Positions 31,401 through 44,965 of a DNA stretch of 64,000 bases are shown piece by piece. Under the pieces are notes generated by a model that was not told where the DNA came from, ran no database searches, and saw only the letters and a list, made by a program, of their open reading frames with translations. The position numbers and the translations under genes are program-made. This stretch comes from Schmidtea polychroa (taxonomy: Eukaryota), in the NCBI GenBank assembly GCA_044892525.1, contig CM097885.1, positions 21,454,001-21,518,000 on the forward strand. The letters run 5' to 3'. Numbering within the stretch: the first letter of the stretch is position 1; every line of letters starts with the position of its first letter.

Positions 31401-32552
31401 GTTAGTTTTCTTGACAAAAATTTTGTTCACAAAATATTGGCATAAAAAAGTGATGATTGTGACTGAAACGTGTCAGTATATATACCTATTTTGTACACGT
31501 GTATGTATTGATGCATTAAAACAAACTCGAATTCTTTTTATTCCAGAATTTTCTATTTTACGATTTTGCTATTTTTAATGGCAATTTTTGTGCCATAATT
31601 TTTGTTTTTATTCATATATTTTTATTTTTTAATTATTTTTCATTAAATTTACGTCCATGATGGATTTGGAACGGTTCCAGAACATTCTATTTTACTTTTA
31701 ATTTAATTTTTATTTTAACTGATGTTTTTATGTATTTCTTTTTGAGATTTTTGTTTTTAATACTAATTTATTTATTTTCATTAACTTTTGTTGTTCTAGA
31801 TTGTTCTAGATTGTTCTAGTTTTCTTGACAAAAATTTTGTTCACAAAATATTGGCATAAAAAAGTGATGATTGTGACTGAAACGTGTCAGTATATATACC
31901 TATTTTGTACACGTGTATGTATTGATGCATTAAAACAAACTCGAATTCTTTTTATTCCAGAATTTTCTATTTTACGATTTTGCTATTTTTAATGGCAATT
32001 TTTGTGCCATAATTTTTGTTTTTATTCATATATTTTTATTTTTTAATTATTTTTCATTAAATTTACGTCCATGATGGATTTGGAACGGTTCCAGAACATT
32101 CTATTTTACTTTTAATTTAATTTTTATTTTAACTGATGTTTTTATGTATTTCTTTTTGAGATTTTTGTTTTTAATACTAATTTATTTATTTTCATTAACT
32201 TTTGTTGTTCTAGATGACTTTTGTGTTGGTCATCGCCATTTTTATAGAATGTTCTGGGTTTTTCTGGAATGTTTTACTGTTTTTATCGTCTTTTAAGTTA
32301 TTCGAGTTTGCTTTTGGTAATTCTATGTTTGTTTGGTTATTTTTGAGTTAGATTTTTGCATCACTTCTTGCTTTTGTATAATTTTATTTAATTTCAGGGT
32401 TTAGGATTTTGTTGTTTTTTCCTTTAATTACTATTGTTTATTTGGTGTGGTTTTCCAAATTTAACTATACTTTTTGCTTTTTACATGTTGTATACCTGCA
32501 CGTTTCAGTCACAATTAGTGGTTTGGGTCTAGAAATCAGTTCCAGCCCAACA
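28430..32552 (-). mobile_element. Partial older LTR of the same clan, interrupted by the giant element
   Basis: Ends ..tccagcccaaca; ~31430-32552 closely matches 27720-28429 and 30880-31250 resembles 27200-27600. Confidence 0.75.
31403..32214. repeat. 414-bp-period tandem duplication of the LTR promoter segment
   Basis: tagttttcttgacaaaaa at 31403 and 31817; junction has repeated ttgttctaga. Confidence 0.92.
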
Positions 32553-34429
32553 CACGTTAGATGATGAGAGCAGGCCCATCACTACATTTACCCTAGATAA
32601 ATATTATGGAAAAGGGCCAAACAAGTATAGGGTCAATGTATTCGCCGAAGAACGTAATTAAATAAAAATTCGCTATCTCTCTCAATCCAATTTCCCAACA
32701 GTTCAACAATCCGATTCTCCAAATAAAAATAATAACTTTCAACATCTCCTGTGTGTACATAATCTTAATTCGAACTCTATTCTATTGACATTATTTTTTA
32801 TAATATTCATAATTTTAATTTGAACTTTATTTAATTTTACTTTTATTCATCTATATCTGTATGACCTTCATTTATATTGAATTTTATCTTTATCAAAATT
32901 GTATTTTATTGTGAATTTTTATTTTAATGTCACTTTTGTATTTAAATTTTTATTGTAAAACAAAAAACATATATATATAAAGGGTATTTAAAAGAAATCA
33001 ATTTTTATAAATAATTTCAAAGTTAATATGAACGAAATAAATTAATTCAAATTTTAAGACGATAAATTAATATGCATAGTCTCAAGTATAAAGTAAATAA
33101 AATTAATTCATATGTGTAAAGAGACTGAAATAAATTAAATTAACTTTAACCCGTCCAAATTAATGTCGATATATTTAATTTCTAAATAGTCTTATAGCTT
33201 ACCCAACCTATTGCCGAATTATTCAATTATAGAAAATGTCCAAGAATCCCTCAACCACGACGCCTATCCGGCCATGCTTCTCGTGCGCCGACAAAAACTC
33301 TATCATTAAGACATTGCAAACCCAAATCGGTCTATTGAAGAAGAAGATAAACCATTTTGAAGGGACGTTGTTCACGTCCACGCAAATGAAAGAAATGCGG
33401 ATGAAACTATCTCGGGTTGAACACTGCCGCGATAGTCTTATAGAGGAGAGCCGTACTCAGTGGCTTCTCATTAAAGAGCAATCAGAGGCCTTGCACAAAG
33501 TCTATGTGCAAGCGACCCTAACCAAGACAATCGTGACCGTGCCTATCACGGAAGAAGACGATGTCTTCGCCCTACATCATCAAACAACAGAAGTCAGTCA
33601 AACATCAAGAAAATCCTGCACCAGCTGTGTGGACACGCTTTTATCGCCGCCCAATTCCTATATCTGTCACGGGGGTCAGTCAAGTGACCTCGAAATCTAT
33701 TCCACATCCAGCGAAAATCACACCTCCAGTGTCACTGGTCAAATCAAAACGCCGACAACCGACACGATCGGAACGAAACAAAAAACGGAAGGCTTTGCAG
33801 GCGGAACGAGAGACCCAACTAGTTGCTGAAGGGATTCAACTAGCCCTAAAAACTCCATCTGAGGCGCCAATAACTTCAACGGGGCAGTTTCGCGTCGTAC
33901 CACCTTACAGTACTTCCTGGGAAGAACACACCAGGGACTTATTCGATTTGGACGAGCTTTACGCAGGAACCTCACCTTCCACGTTAGGAGACCCGACGCG
34001 GAATCCGCTATTGTAAATATAAGAACTGAATAGAATGTCTTTATCGAGATCCTCTCTGTATGATCGTTGTGGTTTCAAGTCTCTATGATATAACTAGGGT
34101 AAGTATATTTTATTCTTAAGGTCGTGTACCTGTGGATAAATAGGGGTAGCGCAAATCAAGGTCTCAATGAGCGAGGTAAGTCGTAAGTCTTTCTATCGGC
34201 AGTCAGGAGAAGGGTAAAACGGAATATGGTGAATGAGTACTCATAAGGCAGGGGCTCACCTGCTTCACTATATTCCTCCATCATGGCACAGTACCAACAT
34301 GACGTAAGTCATGGTGTGAGAGCGATCATGAGGGGTCTGAGTAGCGGTCACAAAGAGTTCCTTTAGTTTGATTGACCTTCATTCCCTAGTAGAGAGTGAA
34401 TGTGTGTTGACCTAGTCGACAACCCAACA
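32553..34429 (+). mobile_element. Partial LTR of a divergent subfamily
   Basis: Ends ..acccaaca; carries the coiled-coil gene homolog and the TTCTATCGGCAGTC..ACAGTACCAAC motif. Left boundary uncertain. Confidence 0.6.
33236..34016 (+). pseudogene. Frameshifted LTR coiled-coil gene (ORFs 33236-33829 and 33561-34016)
   Basis: FEGTLFTSTQMKEM resembles FESTWFPPTEMKK; the basic tail lies in the second frame; acceptor TTATAG|AAAATG. Confidence 0.55.
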
Positions 34430-35218
34430 ATTTTAAGATATTAAAATGATTCTTTTTCACCATTATATTGTATCCATTGAAACAATAACATTACATACAC
34501 GATAAGATAGAATGAGAAAAAAAGACTTTATTAACATAGAATATTTACATATGTCAATGATAAGTCAAATTGTTAATTATCATATTGTTATACATTGCCC
34601 CTTGGGGGCTCTACGTAGATATCCACCCGGTACTTGTTGGGGCATGTCCGATAATATTTTTTACGCTCTAAATTTTCGATGTAGCGGCCCATAACATCCA
34701 ATAATATTTCATCATTTAGTTGAACAAACACCCATAAAACCCCCCAAGCTGTCCTAAGACTTGGCTGGGCTCAAAAAATTATCCCCACAAACACTTCACA
34801 CGTAAAACTATTGTTAAAAATTGCTAACAGTCACACTTTCAAGAGAAATATTGAGTATGGAAAGTACAAAGTTTAATTTTGGCTGCATTTACGTAAAACT
34901 AAAATAGCTTTGTAGAGAATTAATTAAATGTTAATATTTTAATTTGTTAGCAAAAGAGTGCGCTTGTTCTTATAAATTTTTGATTTTAAAGTAAAATTTC
35001 AGTTAAATATTTTATTTATAATCGTAATAAAAATTTCCCAGAGAAAATAATTTAATTTCAACCTTTAATAATTACAATCGATTTATTAATATTTATCATC
35101 GATTTATAAATTAATTTATTTACTAATCACAAAATACAAGTAATTTCAACAACTAATTATACCTTTATTAAAAATAAAATCTTTTCACATAATACATAAA
35201 CAGTTTCATTTCAAACAT

Positions 35219-37217
35219 TTAATCAACTTCTTCAACTGTCGGACCTTGTTTCCCAGCACCTCCTTGTCCGCCAGCTGCACCCGGCGCACCACCTGGAAAT
35301 CCGCCCGGGAACCCTCCAGCACCAGCACCACCTGCTCCTTGATACATTTTAGTCATTATTGGATTACATATCTTCTCCAATTCTTTATAATGATAATCAA
35401 ACTCATCCTTAGTCGCCTGTTGATTCTTTTCCAACCAATTTATCGCTTCTTGACATTTATCAATTATCAGTTTTCTATCTGATTCAGAAATTTTATCTTT
35501 CAATTTTTCATCTTCAACTGTTGATTTCATTTGGTATGAATAACTTTCCAATGAATTCTTTGCAGCTATTCTGTCTTTTTGTTCTTCGTCTTCCTTTTTG
35601 TATTTTTCAGCTTCATTAACCATGCGTTCAATATCATCCTTTGATAATCGTCCTTTATCATTGGTAATGGTAATTTTATTCTCTTTTCCTGTACCCTTTT
35701 CAACTGCAGACACATTCAAGATACCATTTGCATCAATATCAAAAGTAACTTCAATTTGCGGAACACCACGTGGAGCTGGTGGAATTCCAGCCAATTCAAA
35801 TTTACCAAGCAAATTATTGTCCTTTGTCATCGCTCGTTCCCCTTCATAAACTTGAATTAAAACTCCCGGTTGGTTATCAGAATATGTAGTAAATATTTGC
35901 GTTTGCTTGGTTGGAATAGTTGTATTTCGTTTAATTAAAGCTGTCATCACTCCACCGGCAGTTTCTATACCCAAGCTCAATGGAGCTACATCTAATAATA
36001 ATAGATCTTGTACAGCTTCTGATTTATCTCCTGACAAAATTGCCGCTTGTACTGCTGCTCCGTACGCAACTGCCTCATCGGGATTGATGGATTTGTTCAA
36101 TTCTTTTCCATTGAACAAGTCTTGAAGGAGCTTTTGAATTTTGGGTATTCTTGTTGATCCACCAACTAATACAATCTCATGAATTGTATTTTTATCCAAC
36201 TTAGCATCTCTCAATGCTTTCTCTACTGGCTCTAAAGTCGAACGGAACAAATCAGCATTCAATTCCTCAAACCTTGCTCTTGTAATTGAAGTGTAAAAGT
36301 CAATACCTTCATATAATGAATCGATTTCCAAATTTGCTTGTGCACTGGAACTCAAAGTTCTCTTTGCTCGCTCACAAGCTGTTCTCAATCTTCTAACTGC
36401 TCGCTTGTTATCACTAATATCTTTCTTATGCTTCCTCTTGAATTCTTGAATAAAATGATTTACCATCCGATTATCAAAATCTTCACCACCCAAATGAGTA
36501 TCACCAGCAGTAGATTTTACTTCGAAAATACCATCTTCAATTGTTAAAATTGATACATCAAAAGTTCCTCCTCCTAAATCGAATATTAACACATTGCGTT
36601 CAGCACCGACCTTTTTGTCTAATCCATAAGCTATAGCAGCAGCTGTTGGTTCATTAATTATTCTTAAAACATTTAATCCACTAATTGCACCAGCATCTTT
36701 AGTTGCTTGTCTTTGACTATCATTGAAATAAGCTGGAACAGTTACAACAGCATCTTTAACTGTTTTACCCAAGTATGCTTCTGCAATCTCTTTCATTTTT
36801 ATTAAAACCATCGATGAAATTTCTTCGGGGAAAAATGTTTTTGTTTCACCTTTGAATTCTACTCGAATTTTCGGTCTACCAGTTTCATTTATTACATCGA
36901 ATGACCAATGTTTCATGTCACTTTGAACTGACGATTCATCAAATTTTCGACCAATTAATCGCTTTGCATCTAGAAGATTTTAATTACTTTACTCTAATTC
37001 AGTATTAATTCTTACCGAAAACTGTATTATTAGGATTCATCGCCACTTGGTTTTTTGCAGCATCTCCAATCAATCGTTCGGTATCTGTAAATGCAACATA
37101 ACTAGGTGTTGTGCGGTTTCCTTGATCATTCGCAATAATTTCAACTTTCCCATGTTGAAATACACCAACGCATGAATATGTAGTACCCAAGTCAATACCA
37201 ATAGCGTTACCAGACAT
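35219..37217 (-). CDS. hsp70: Cytosolic Hsp70/Hsc70, 650 aa; exons 37217-37016 and 36969-35219
   Basis: [31 protein letters not shown]; a 46-nt GT-AG intron restores NTVF-DAKRLIG. Confidence 0.98.
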
Positions 37218-37297
37218 TTGGAATTCTTCGAAAGTTATAACAAAATATAATAATTTTATTCAAAATTTACAAATATACACGTAATGAACTGCAAACA

Positions 37298-37402
37298 CTT
37301 TATATAATTAAAATATAGAACTTCTAGAAAACAAATTTTAAAACAAACATAAATTCTAGAAATCGAATATTAACAAAACGAATGATAGAAAGTTGTAGAA
37401 AC
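37298..37402 (-). promoter_or_regulatory. hsp70 TATA box and HSE-like elements
   Basis: TATATAAA near 37300; TTCTAGAA at ~37322 and ~37354; GAAagTTGtaGAA at ~37388. Confidence 0.6.
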
Positions 37403-37717
37403 ATATTTACTTTATAAATCATTTTATTTAATAAAGTTTTAATGGAAAATGAACATTTTTAATAGTTTAATTAATTTTAATAAAGCATTTGTCAAATTTT
37501 TAAACAATATTATATTATGTAAATATTACACAAACTGTAAATCAATGACCAAAATGTAATATGACAATTATTTAACTCTTACTTTGCCAGGAAAAAATAT
37601 AAAATGACCACATTAGGTGACCTTTTAGGTATAATTTTTGCTTAATAATATATATATTTATTTATTTATATATTTGTTACACTTTTATAATAAAAAAATC
37701 TGCACAATAACCATAAG

Positions 37718-38216
37718 CAGGGTTACCAACTCGACCATTTTCACCCAAAGACTTCGGGTCTTTGGGTTAAACACTTATTTCTTCGGGTCTGACTCGTTCC
37801 AGACTTGGTAACCCTGTAATGCATTTATTGAAAGAATTTTTTCAATAATGAATTCCGTTTGGAGAGATGAAAGAAATAAAATGAGAATAGCGCTTATTAA
37901 AGCTGAACTTTCTATAAGAATAAATTTCGACAAGAAATGTGAAGATTTTCTTACATATTTAAAAGCACCAGAACAAAAAAATTTACTTGAATGTTCATTA
38001 AAAACAACAAAATATAATTTTAAGAATTAATTATATTTTCTGAAGTTCCTATTTTTTAATGTTTTCTTATTTAATAAATTTTGTTGTTTTATGTTTTCTT
38101 GTTATTGAATAAATATATTTTGTTTTATATTCATATGTATTTATTATATATTATTAAATCTTCGGATGTAAAAATAATTTCTTCGGGTCTGACTCGTTTC
38201 AGACTTGGTAACCTTG
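37718..38216. mobile_element. Non-autonomous hAT-like element
   Basis: TIR cagggttaccaa / ttggtaaccttg; 8-bp TSD accataag/aacataag (1 mismatch); empty paralogous site near 44572-44640. Confidence 0.7.
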
Positions 38217-39031
38217 AACATAAGAGTTGTAGATAAAATTCATTAATTTGTAGTAAGAGTAAATTATGAAGTCTGAAAACAAAAGAATATAGTCAAGAGC
38301 ATAAAATGACACCAGAGATAATACTTTCTTAAAAATGCTCTTTTGATAACAATACATCAAAGTTATAATTTCCTCCATAACTATTCATAATCATCTTGTT
38401 TATCATTATTGAAAGGACTTTCTCCTTTTCGTTAGGAAATAACATATGCTTTTGGTGCTTACTATTGCTTCTCTTGTATACATCCCTTTGGTATCCATTT
38501 CATTAACTTCTTGAAATTCTTATTTTTTCTCAAGTTCAGTTTATTCTAGATTCTGCGGTTTAGTTGCTTTCTTTATATCCGACATTGTGATCCATATTTC
38601 ATCATTTATCTTGTACAAGGAATCTAACAAATTGGTACATTTATCAATTTTTCTCGGAACATAATATTTGTCTGTCAGTATTCTTGTTAGTGGTTGGTAA
38701 TATACTGTCATATTGGTGGGTTACAGGTACTGAAAAATCGTTACCTCCTCATGCTGTTTCCAACGTAACCCAGGATACAATTTATAGCTGACCACTTGAT
38801 ACCCGTTGAGCAATCAACGTTGGTACTGCATCAAGGGTTTGGGTACTAGCAAAAAGTGAGCATGCTTAGCATACTATAATTGTCTAGTACCCACTGGGGT
38901 TCACGGACTGCCGATAGAAGGCCTATGTCCGGTTTCTCTAGTCCCCGTTATGACAATCAACATTATAGAAAAATCACAATGCCCGACATGAGTGTGCCAG
39001 TAAAGATATATTCATAACAACAAATCGGAAC

Positions 39032-39465
39032 TCATAGGGTTGTAGTCGGTTCTTTCGGTGCGGACTCTGACAAAGTAGCATTGAGTGTCAATTGGGCCTG
39101 ACAGGCTTGGCGGATTCTCGCCCGCGCCGCTTTACCCGGCCGAATCTTCTTCTTCGAGATCTTCGACGCTTTTTCCTTCGGTTGGTGAAAAAGTTCACTC
39201 ATAGGTCGGATCTTGAGAATGACCTCTCGATCAAGGTCCTGTTGGTGTACCTTGACCTCCAGCTCTCTCACTCTCAGGCGGAGGGCCCGCAACTCAACTT
39301 GATCTTGGGCGCTCTGGAGTTGCTTCTTCATCTCTGTGGGCGGGAACCAGGTGCTCTCGAAATTTCGGCAATGGGCCTTAAGTCGCATTAACTTGGCCCG
39401 GTATTCTTCTACTTGTTGTTGCGCCCGCTCTCTATCTGCCCGCATTTCTTCCAGGAGTTTTAACA
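39032..39465 (-). CDS. LTR coiled-coil protein homolog (3' exon)
   Basis: Open homolog of 24502-24971; acceptor TTTCAG|TG. Confidence 0.7.
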
Positions 39466-39968
39466 CTGAAATAGACAACATTAGGAATCTTTACCTCAGC
39501 ATTGAGTGACGCAAGTTAGTAAGGTTAAATGAATGTCGCCCCTTCGTCACTACTCCCTTCTGCGCACATCTAGGCCTATTCTATGGATTTCACCAAAGCT
39601 TATAGGGTGGTCGTAATGGCCAACGCTACGGAAAATTATAGTCGGTGGTAACAATGGCCCCCGTTAAAGGAAAATCATTGAAATCAAAACGATGCACACA
39701 ATGGAATTAGTATTGATAATTAATACATACATAAATAATTGAACTAAGAAAATTATCATCAATAATAACACTGGTTAATGAAGATGATCAAAACGAAACA
39801 ATATCAATAATGAAATTAGTAGAGATGACCAGAACAAAACAGAGCAGTTAGATCGGCACGAACTGCCCAGACGTACAAGGTACTATAAAAACATTCATCA
39901 TATTACAGGATTTGCACTGTGTATTAACAACAAAATCATTTCGGCTATATAATGTTTAATTATAAGTC

Positions 39969-40451
39969 TCAATCTTTGTCCGCCCCAATCTCCTTGGTGG
40001 AACTGGTGCCTTTTCGTGGTCGTCCTCGCCTTCTTTGCCGATTCGGTCCACGGCGAGGGCTTCTTGGATATTCCAGCCCACGTTGGAGAGCCGCAGTTCG
40101 TCTTGGGTGACATTGGGCTCGTGCGTACCCGTCACAGTCTTCCAACTCGCCGGCCAGGGTTGCTTCCTCGAGTCGGTGTAATCGGTCCACCGCCGCCTTT
40201 ACCTCGTCAAAGGCGTCGATCAGGGCTAATGACGTGCCATTGATGTAAGGCTCTATCTTCGGTTTCACGGGGACCACATTCTGGTAGGTCCAATCATGGA
40301 TTTTATACCAGATCCACCTGGACCTCAGGCGAGTGAGTGCTTCTTCCTGGTCCAGTCTGGCGACTTCGTCTACCTCCGCGTGGTTTAGGCTGAGTCTGGA
40401 TGTAGATGTCAAGGGATTCGCGTGGCTGTCTTCTGGTCTAATATTAGGCAT
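39969..40451 (-). CDS. LTR AT-hook protein homolog, 160 aa
   Basis: LTRLRSRWIWYKIHDW and RRRGRPRK; acceptor CTCACAG|GCATG. Confidence 0.7.
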   Translation of the reverse strand: MPNIRPEDSHANPLTSTSRLSLNHAEVDEVARLDQEEALTRLRSRWIWYKIHDWTYQNVVPVKPKIEPYINGTSLALIDAFDEVKAAVDRLHRLEEATLAGELEDCDGYARAQCHPRRTAALQRGLEYPRSPRRGPNRQRRRGRPRKGTSSTKEIGADKD

Positions 40452-41879
40452 GCCTGTGAGATTAAGAGAACATATTAGTAAAATTCTATTCGCTCGTCTA
40501 CATCCGGTTACCCCAAGACGTTTGATACACTATTACATTTAAGTTCAAACGTGACCCGTATTGCAATGATCTTTTAGGTGGTGAAAAATGAACTTAATGT
40601 ATTGATTAATTTCCCCTTCTGATTTCGATGTAATTTAAGTGGGCTAGAGAATTATGAAATTCAAGGTTTGTAAGTATCAGTTACAAAATTGCAGTTCGTA
40701 TGTTTAAAGTGAAAATCCATAAGCTGTTTTTTGATGAACTAATGGTTGATACAGTAAAAATGAGCATTTAAAATTTTATAAACTAAACTTTCAATAGCGG
40801 TTGTTTAAATCATTTAAAGATTTAATTTCACTGTTTATAGCATTTTATATTAATTTAAATATTAATTTTCCTTTAATGATTTTTAGAATTCCCTGTTAAT
40901 AATTTTTGCAAAAATTTATTCTACTAGGACCCACTATGGGAAGTGGATGTCGCAAATTGTCTGAATTTACATTCAGCTCTTGCGAATCCCTGACCATAGT
41001 GGTTGTAAGTAGTTCCCTCATCAACTGATACTTAACGGGTAAATTAGCTTTTTAAATCTTTTAAGTTTGTATAGTTTCAGGAATGAGTCTCCAAACTCTT
41101 CACTTTGAAGGTGACAACTTAGATAATGGATTCGAGATGCCACTGTTTGATGGAAGTTCAAAATATGCCAGCGCTCTAACTTTGTGAGGATTTAGCTGGG
41201 TAATATTATTTATTTAGATTTTTGATCTATGCCTTGGAGTTCTAAGTTCACCAATTTCACCCGAAGACGTCCAGCGATTTGTCATTTGCTTTCGAGGATT
41301 TACCCTGATGGGAGTATTTAGTTATATAATTCTCGCAAAGCGAGCATTCAAAGGGACTTGTATGTATTGATTTATTTATGCCGTTTTCTGTTTTTTGAAG
41401 AGTATTTTGGTCAATAAATCCAGCTCAATTTTTGAATCTTTGATTTCTTTACACAATCCTACTCGGATATTCAGTTTTTTAGGGTAGCTTCGGCATGATT
41501 TTGTTTTTGCTGGGGTAGGCAAATGAACTAGAGTGTTCCTTCGTGCGATGATCCGAGGGACAATTCCATGAGGTTATTATTAATATAGGTATACACACGT
41601 ACACTCACAAATGCACATACGCAGTTATAACTACATAAATTTACAAATTTAAGTTACTGATCCTGAAGTCATTTACTGGGGGGTGTTACTAAAAATAGAT
41701 CTCAGGGATTTTTATTGGAGGGTAGGGTCTTTGTAACTAATTTAGAAATAGGGGGATCCCAAAAATCAAAAGTTTTGGTTAAAGTTTTATTTAAGAAAAT
41801 AATCCTTCCGATAACGTAACCATAATGGTAGTAATGACCAAGGTGAAAATTAATGTCAACAATACTAACAGTAGAAATA

Positions 41880-42120
<241 letters not shown>

Positions 42121-44699
42121 AGGTTAATCATGATAATAAGTGTAAGTTTTATGCAGTGGGTAATAAATGTATAATTCAAGGGGGGGGTTCATTTATGAAT
42201 GTTTATAACTTATTAGTTTAACATTTTACAGACCAAATATATGCTAGAATGAGTTAATTTAAGACATTTATAGAACAGATAATGAAGGTATGATTCAGGG
42301 GGGGTTGTTTATGAATATTTATAAATTATTAGTTAAATATTCTATAAGCTAAATATATATAAAAATAAGTGAATCTAGGATAATTAGGTAAATATATAAC
42401 CTAGGGGCTAATTACGTAGATTTATCATTTTAACATTTTGTAAGTTAAATATATATTAAAATAAATTAGGATATTTAGGTACTGGACGATAAGTATATAA
42501 CTCAGAGGATCATCTATGAAAATTTATAAACTATCATTTTTAGATTTTATAAGTTAAATATATACATCAAAATAAGTTAGGATATTTATGCATGAAAATT
42601 TACAAACTATCATTTTAATATTTTATAAGATAAATATATACATCAGAATAAGTTAGGATATTTATGAATTGGACAATAAATATATAATTCAAAGAACCAT
42701 TTATGAAACCAGGTAAGTTGTACATATTCAAGTTGGGTTATAACCATGAACTGGTGATTCGACGACTTTACGACATTGGTAAGAAAGATTGCCTTTTCTT
42801 TAAATTTAATATGCTGATATATGCAATTTCATACTGATGGTAATGACACACTCTCTATGAAGAATCGAGGAAAGGGTGGTGAGGATAATGATAATAATCC
42901 TGGAGGTGATAGTACAATTAATGTAAAATAGAATTTTTAAAGATTTCATTAACTTTCAATACCCATAAGGTAAGTATAAAGACTTGTAATTGATACATCA
43001 TTGAACGTGGTTAGATTATCTTTAAAATTGAACATAATTATGAATAATATCAATAAAATCTAATAACAATAGTTAATATTGAGCATATTGAATAATAGTT
43101 TGTGCAATTAGCCGACTACTTGATAATCTTTGTAATAATTTAAGTCTGGGACATTTCCCGTTTAGATTTTCCTACTGATGTGTCTCCTATAAGATATTTG
43201 AGTGTGCATTTTATGTATGTGATTTACCGAAAGGTCGATTTAATTAAAATTTTCCTACTTTCCCGACTCAACTGAATACGGTACGATAGGCCTTATTGTA
43301 TTGTGTTTCCCGCGATTAATTTCCCAAATTTTATTTCGTCCGCATAGTCCCTGCGACTATGCCAACTACCTGGATGGATTTACCGCCCTACTCCTGGTTA
43401 GAAACCATTTGTTCGTGGCGACCTTCCGGTTAAAAAAAAAATGAAATTTTGTGCATGCAGGGTCGTAGACCCGATTGTGTGCGTGTGGACTATCAGTTGG
43501 AAACAAGGCTGATCAGCGTCGTGGATGCCATCCGTTCACGACGACGCTGGTCACTCTTGTTCAGTAATAGTAGAATTAAAAAAGTCAACAGGTTAAAAAA
43601 TATAATAAATATAATAATAATGAAACACAAATAAAAATGAAATTAATCAACAATCCTTACTTTCAGTGTTGTTCAAAGTTTCGATAAAAATTTTTGGCAT
43701 ACAAAAATATCTGAATTGTGACGAAAATGCGTCGGTATATATATACCTATTTTGTACACGTGTATGTATTGATGCATTAAAACAAACTCGAATTCTTTTT
43801 ATTCCAGAAGTTTCTATTTTGTAATTTTGATATTTTTAATGGCGATTTTTACGTCATAATTTTTATTTTTATTTTTAAAATTTTATTTCCTAAATATTTT
43901 TTGCTAATTTTTCCTCCACGATGGATTTGGAACGGTTCCAGAACATTCCATATTACTTTTAATTCAATTTTTATTTTTAACTGATATTTTACGAATTTCT
44001 TTTTAAGAAATTTTATTTTTAATACTAATTTATTTATTTTTCTAAATTTTATTGTTTAAGGTAGCTTTTATGATGGTCATCGCCATTTTTATGGAATGTC
44101 CTGGTTTTCTGGAATTTTTGCTATTTTTACCATCTTTTAAGTTATTCGAGTTTGTTTTTTTGTAACTCTGTGTTTATTTGGCTATTTTTGAGTTAGATTT
44201 TGCATAACTTCTTGTTTTTGTATAATTTTATTTAATTTCTGTGTTTTAGGTTTTTGTTGTTTTTTCCTTTAATTACTATTGGTTATTTGGTGTAGTTTTT
44301 AATATTTAACTATACTTTTTGCTTTTTGCATGCTGTGTACCTACACATTTCGGTCACAATTAGAAATTTGGGTCTAGAAGTCAGTTCTAGCCCAACAATA
44401 TTTCAATATAGTAGGGGTATTTATGGATTTCGAATGGACTCTTTCTAAACGCCTTCATGACTATTGTCTTTATACCATCTATGTTCCCATGACTACGACC
44501 ATATTGGTGCTGTACACAATGGCTGAAAATCCATGAGCATTTATTTATTTATAACAATTTCATAATAAGAAAATCTGCACAATAAACATGAGGGTTGTAG
44601 ATAAATTCATTAATTTGTAGTAAGAGTAAATTATGAAAAGTCTGAAAACAAAAGATTATAGTCAAGAACATAAAATGACACCAGAGATACAACTTTCTT

Positions 44700-44965
44700 T
44701 TTTTGGTTGGTTGCGGATAATGTAAATTTGACTTCTGGTAGTATCTCTGCCCAATCCGTCTTCCTTCTGTCCCGTAAAGTAGCATTTATCAGCCCTCGTA
44801 TTGTCCTGAATTGCCTTTCTATCTGTCCATTTGTTTGGTGATGGTATGGACTGGAAAAATGTAACTTATTCAAACCCCTTCCACAATCAACTCTTATCTT
44901 CTTTGGGCGTCCAAATTTTAAAATTCATTTTTCTAAAATCTTTTTCATTATTGTTTCCTCGTCTG
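44700..44965 (-). pseudogene. Gypsy integrase core remnant
   Basis: SSPYHHQTNGQIERQFRTI; frame broken upstream. Confidence 0.75.
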
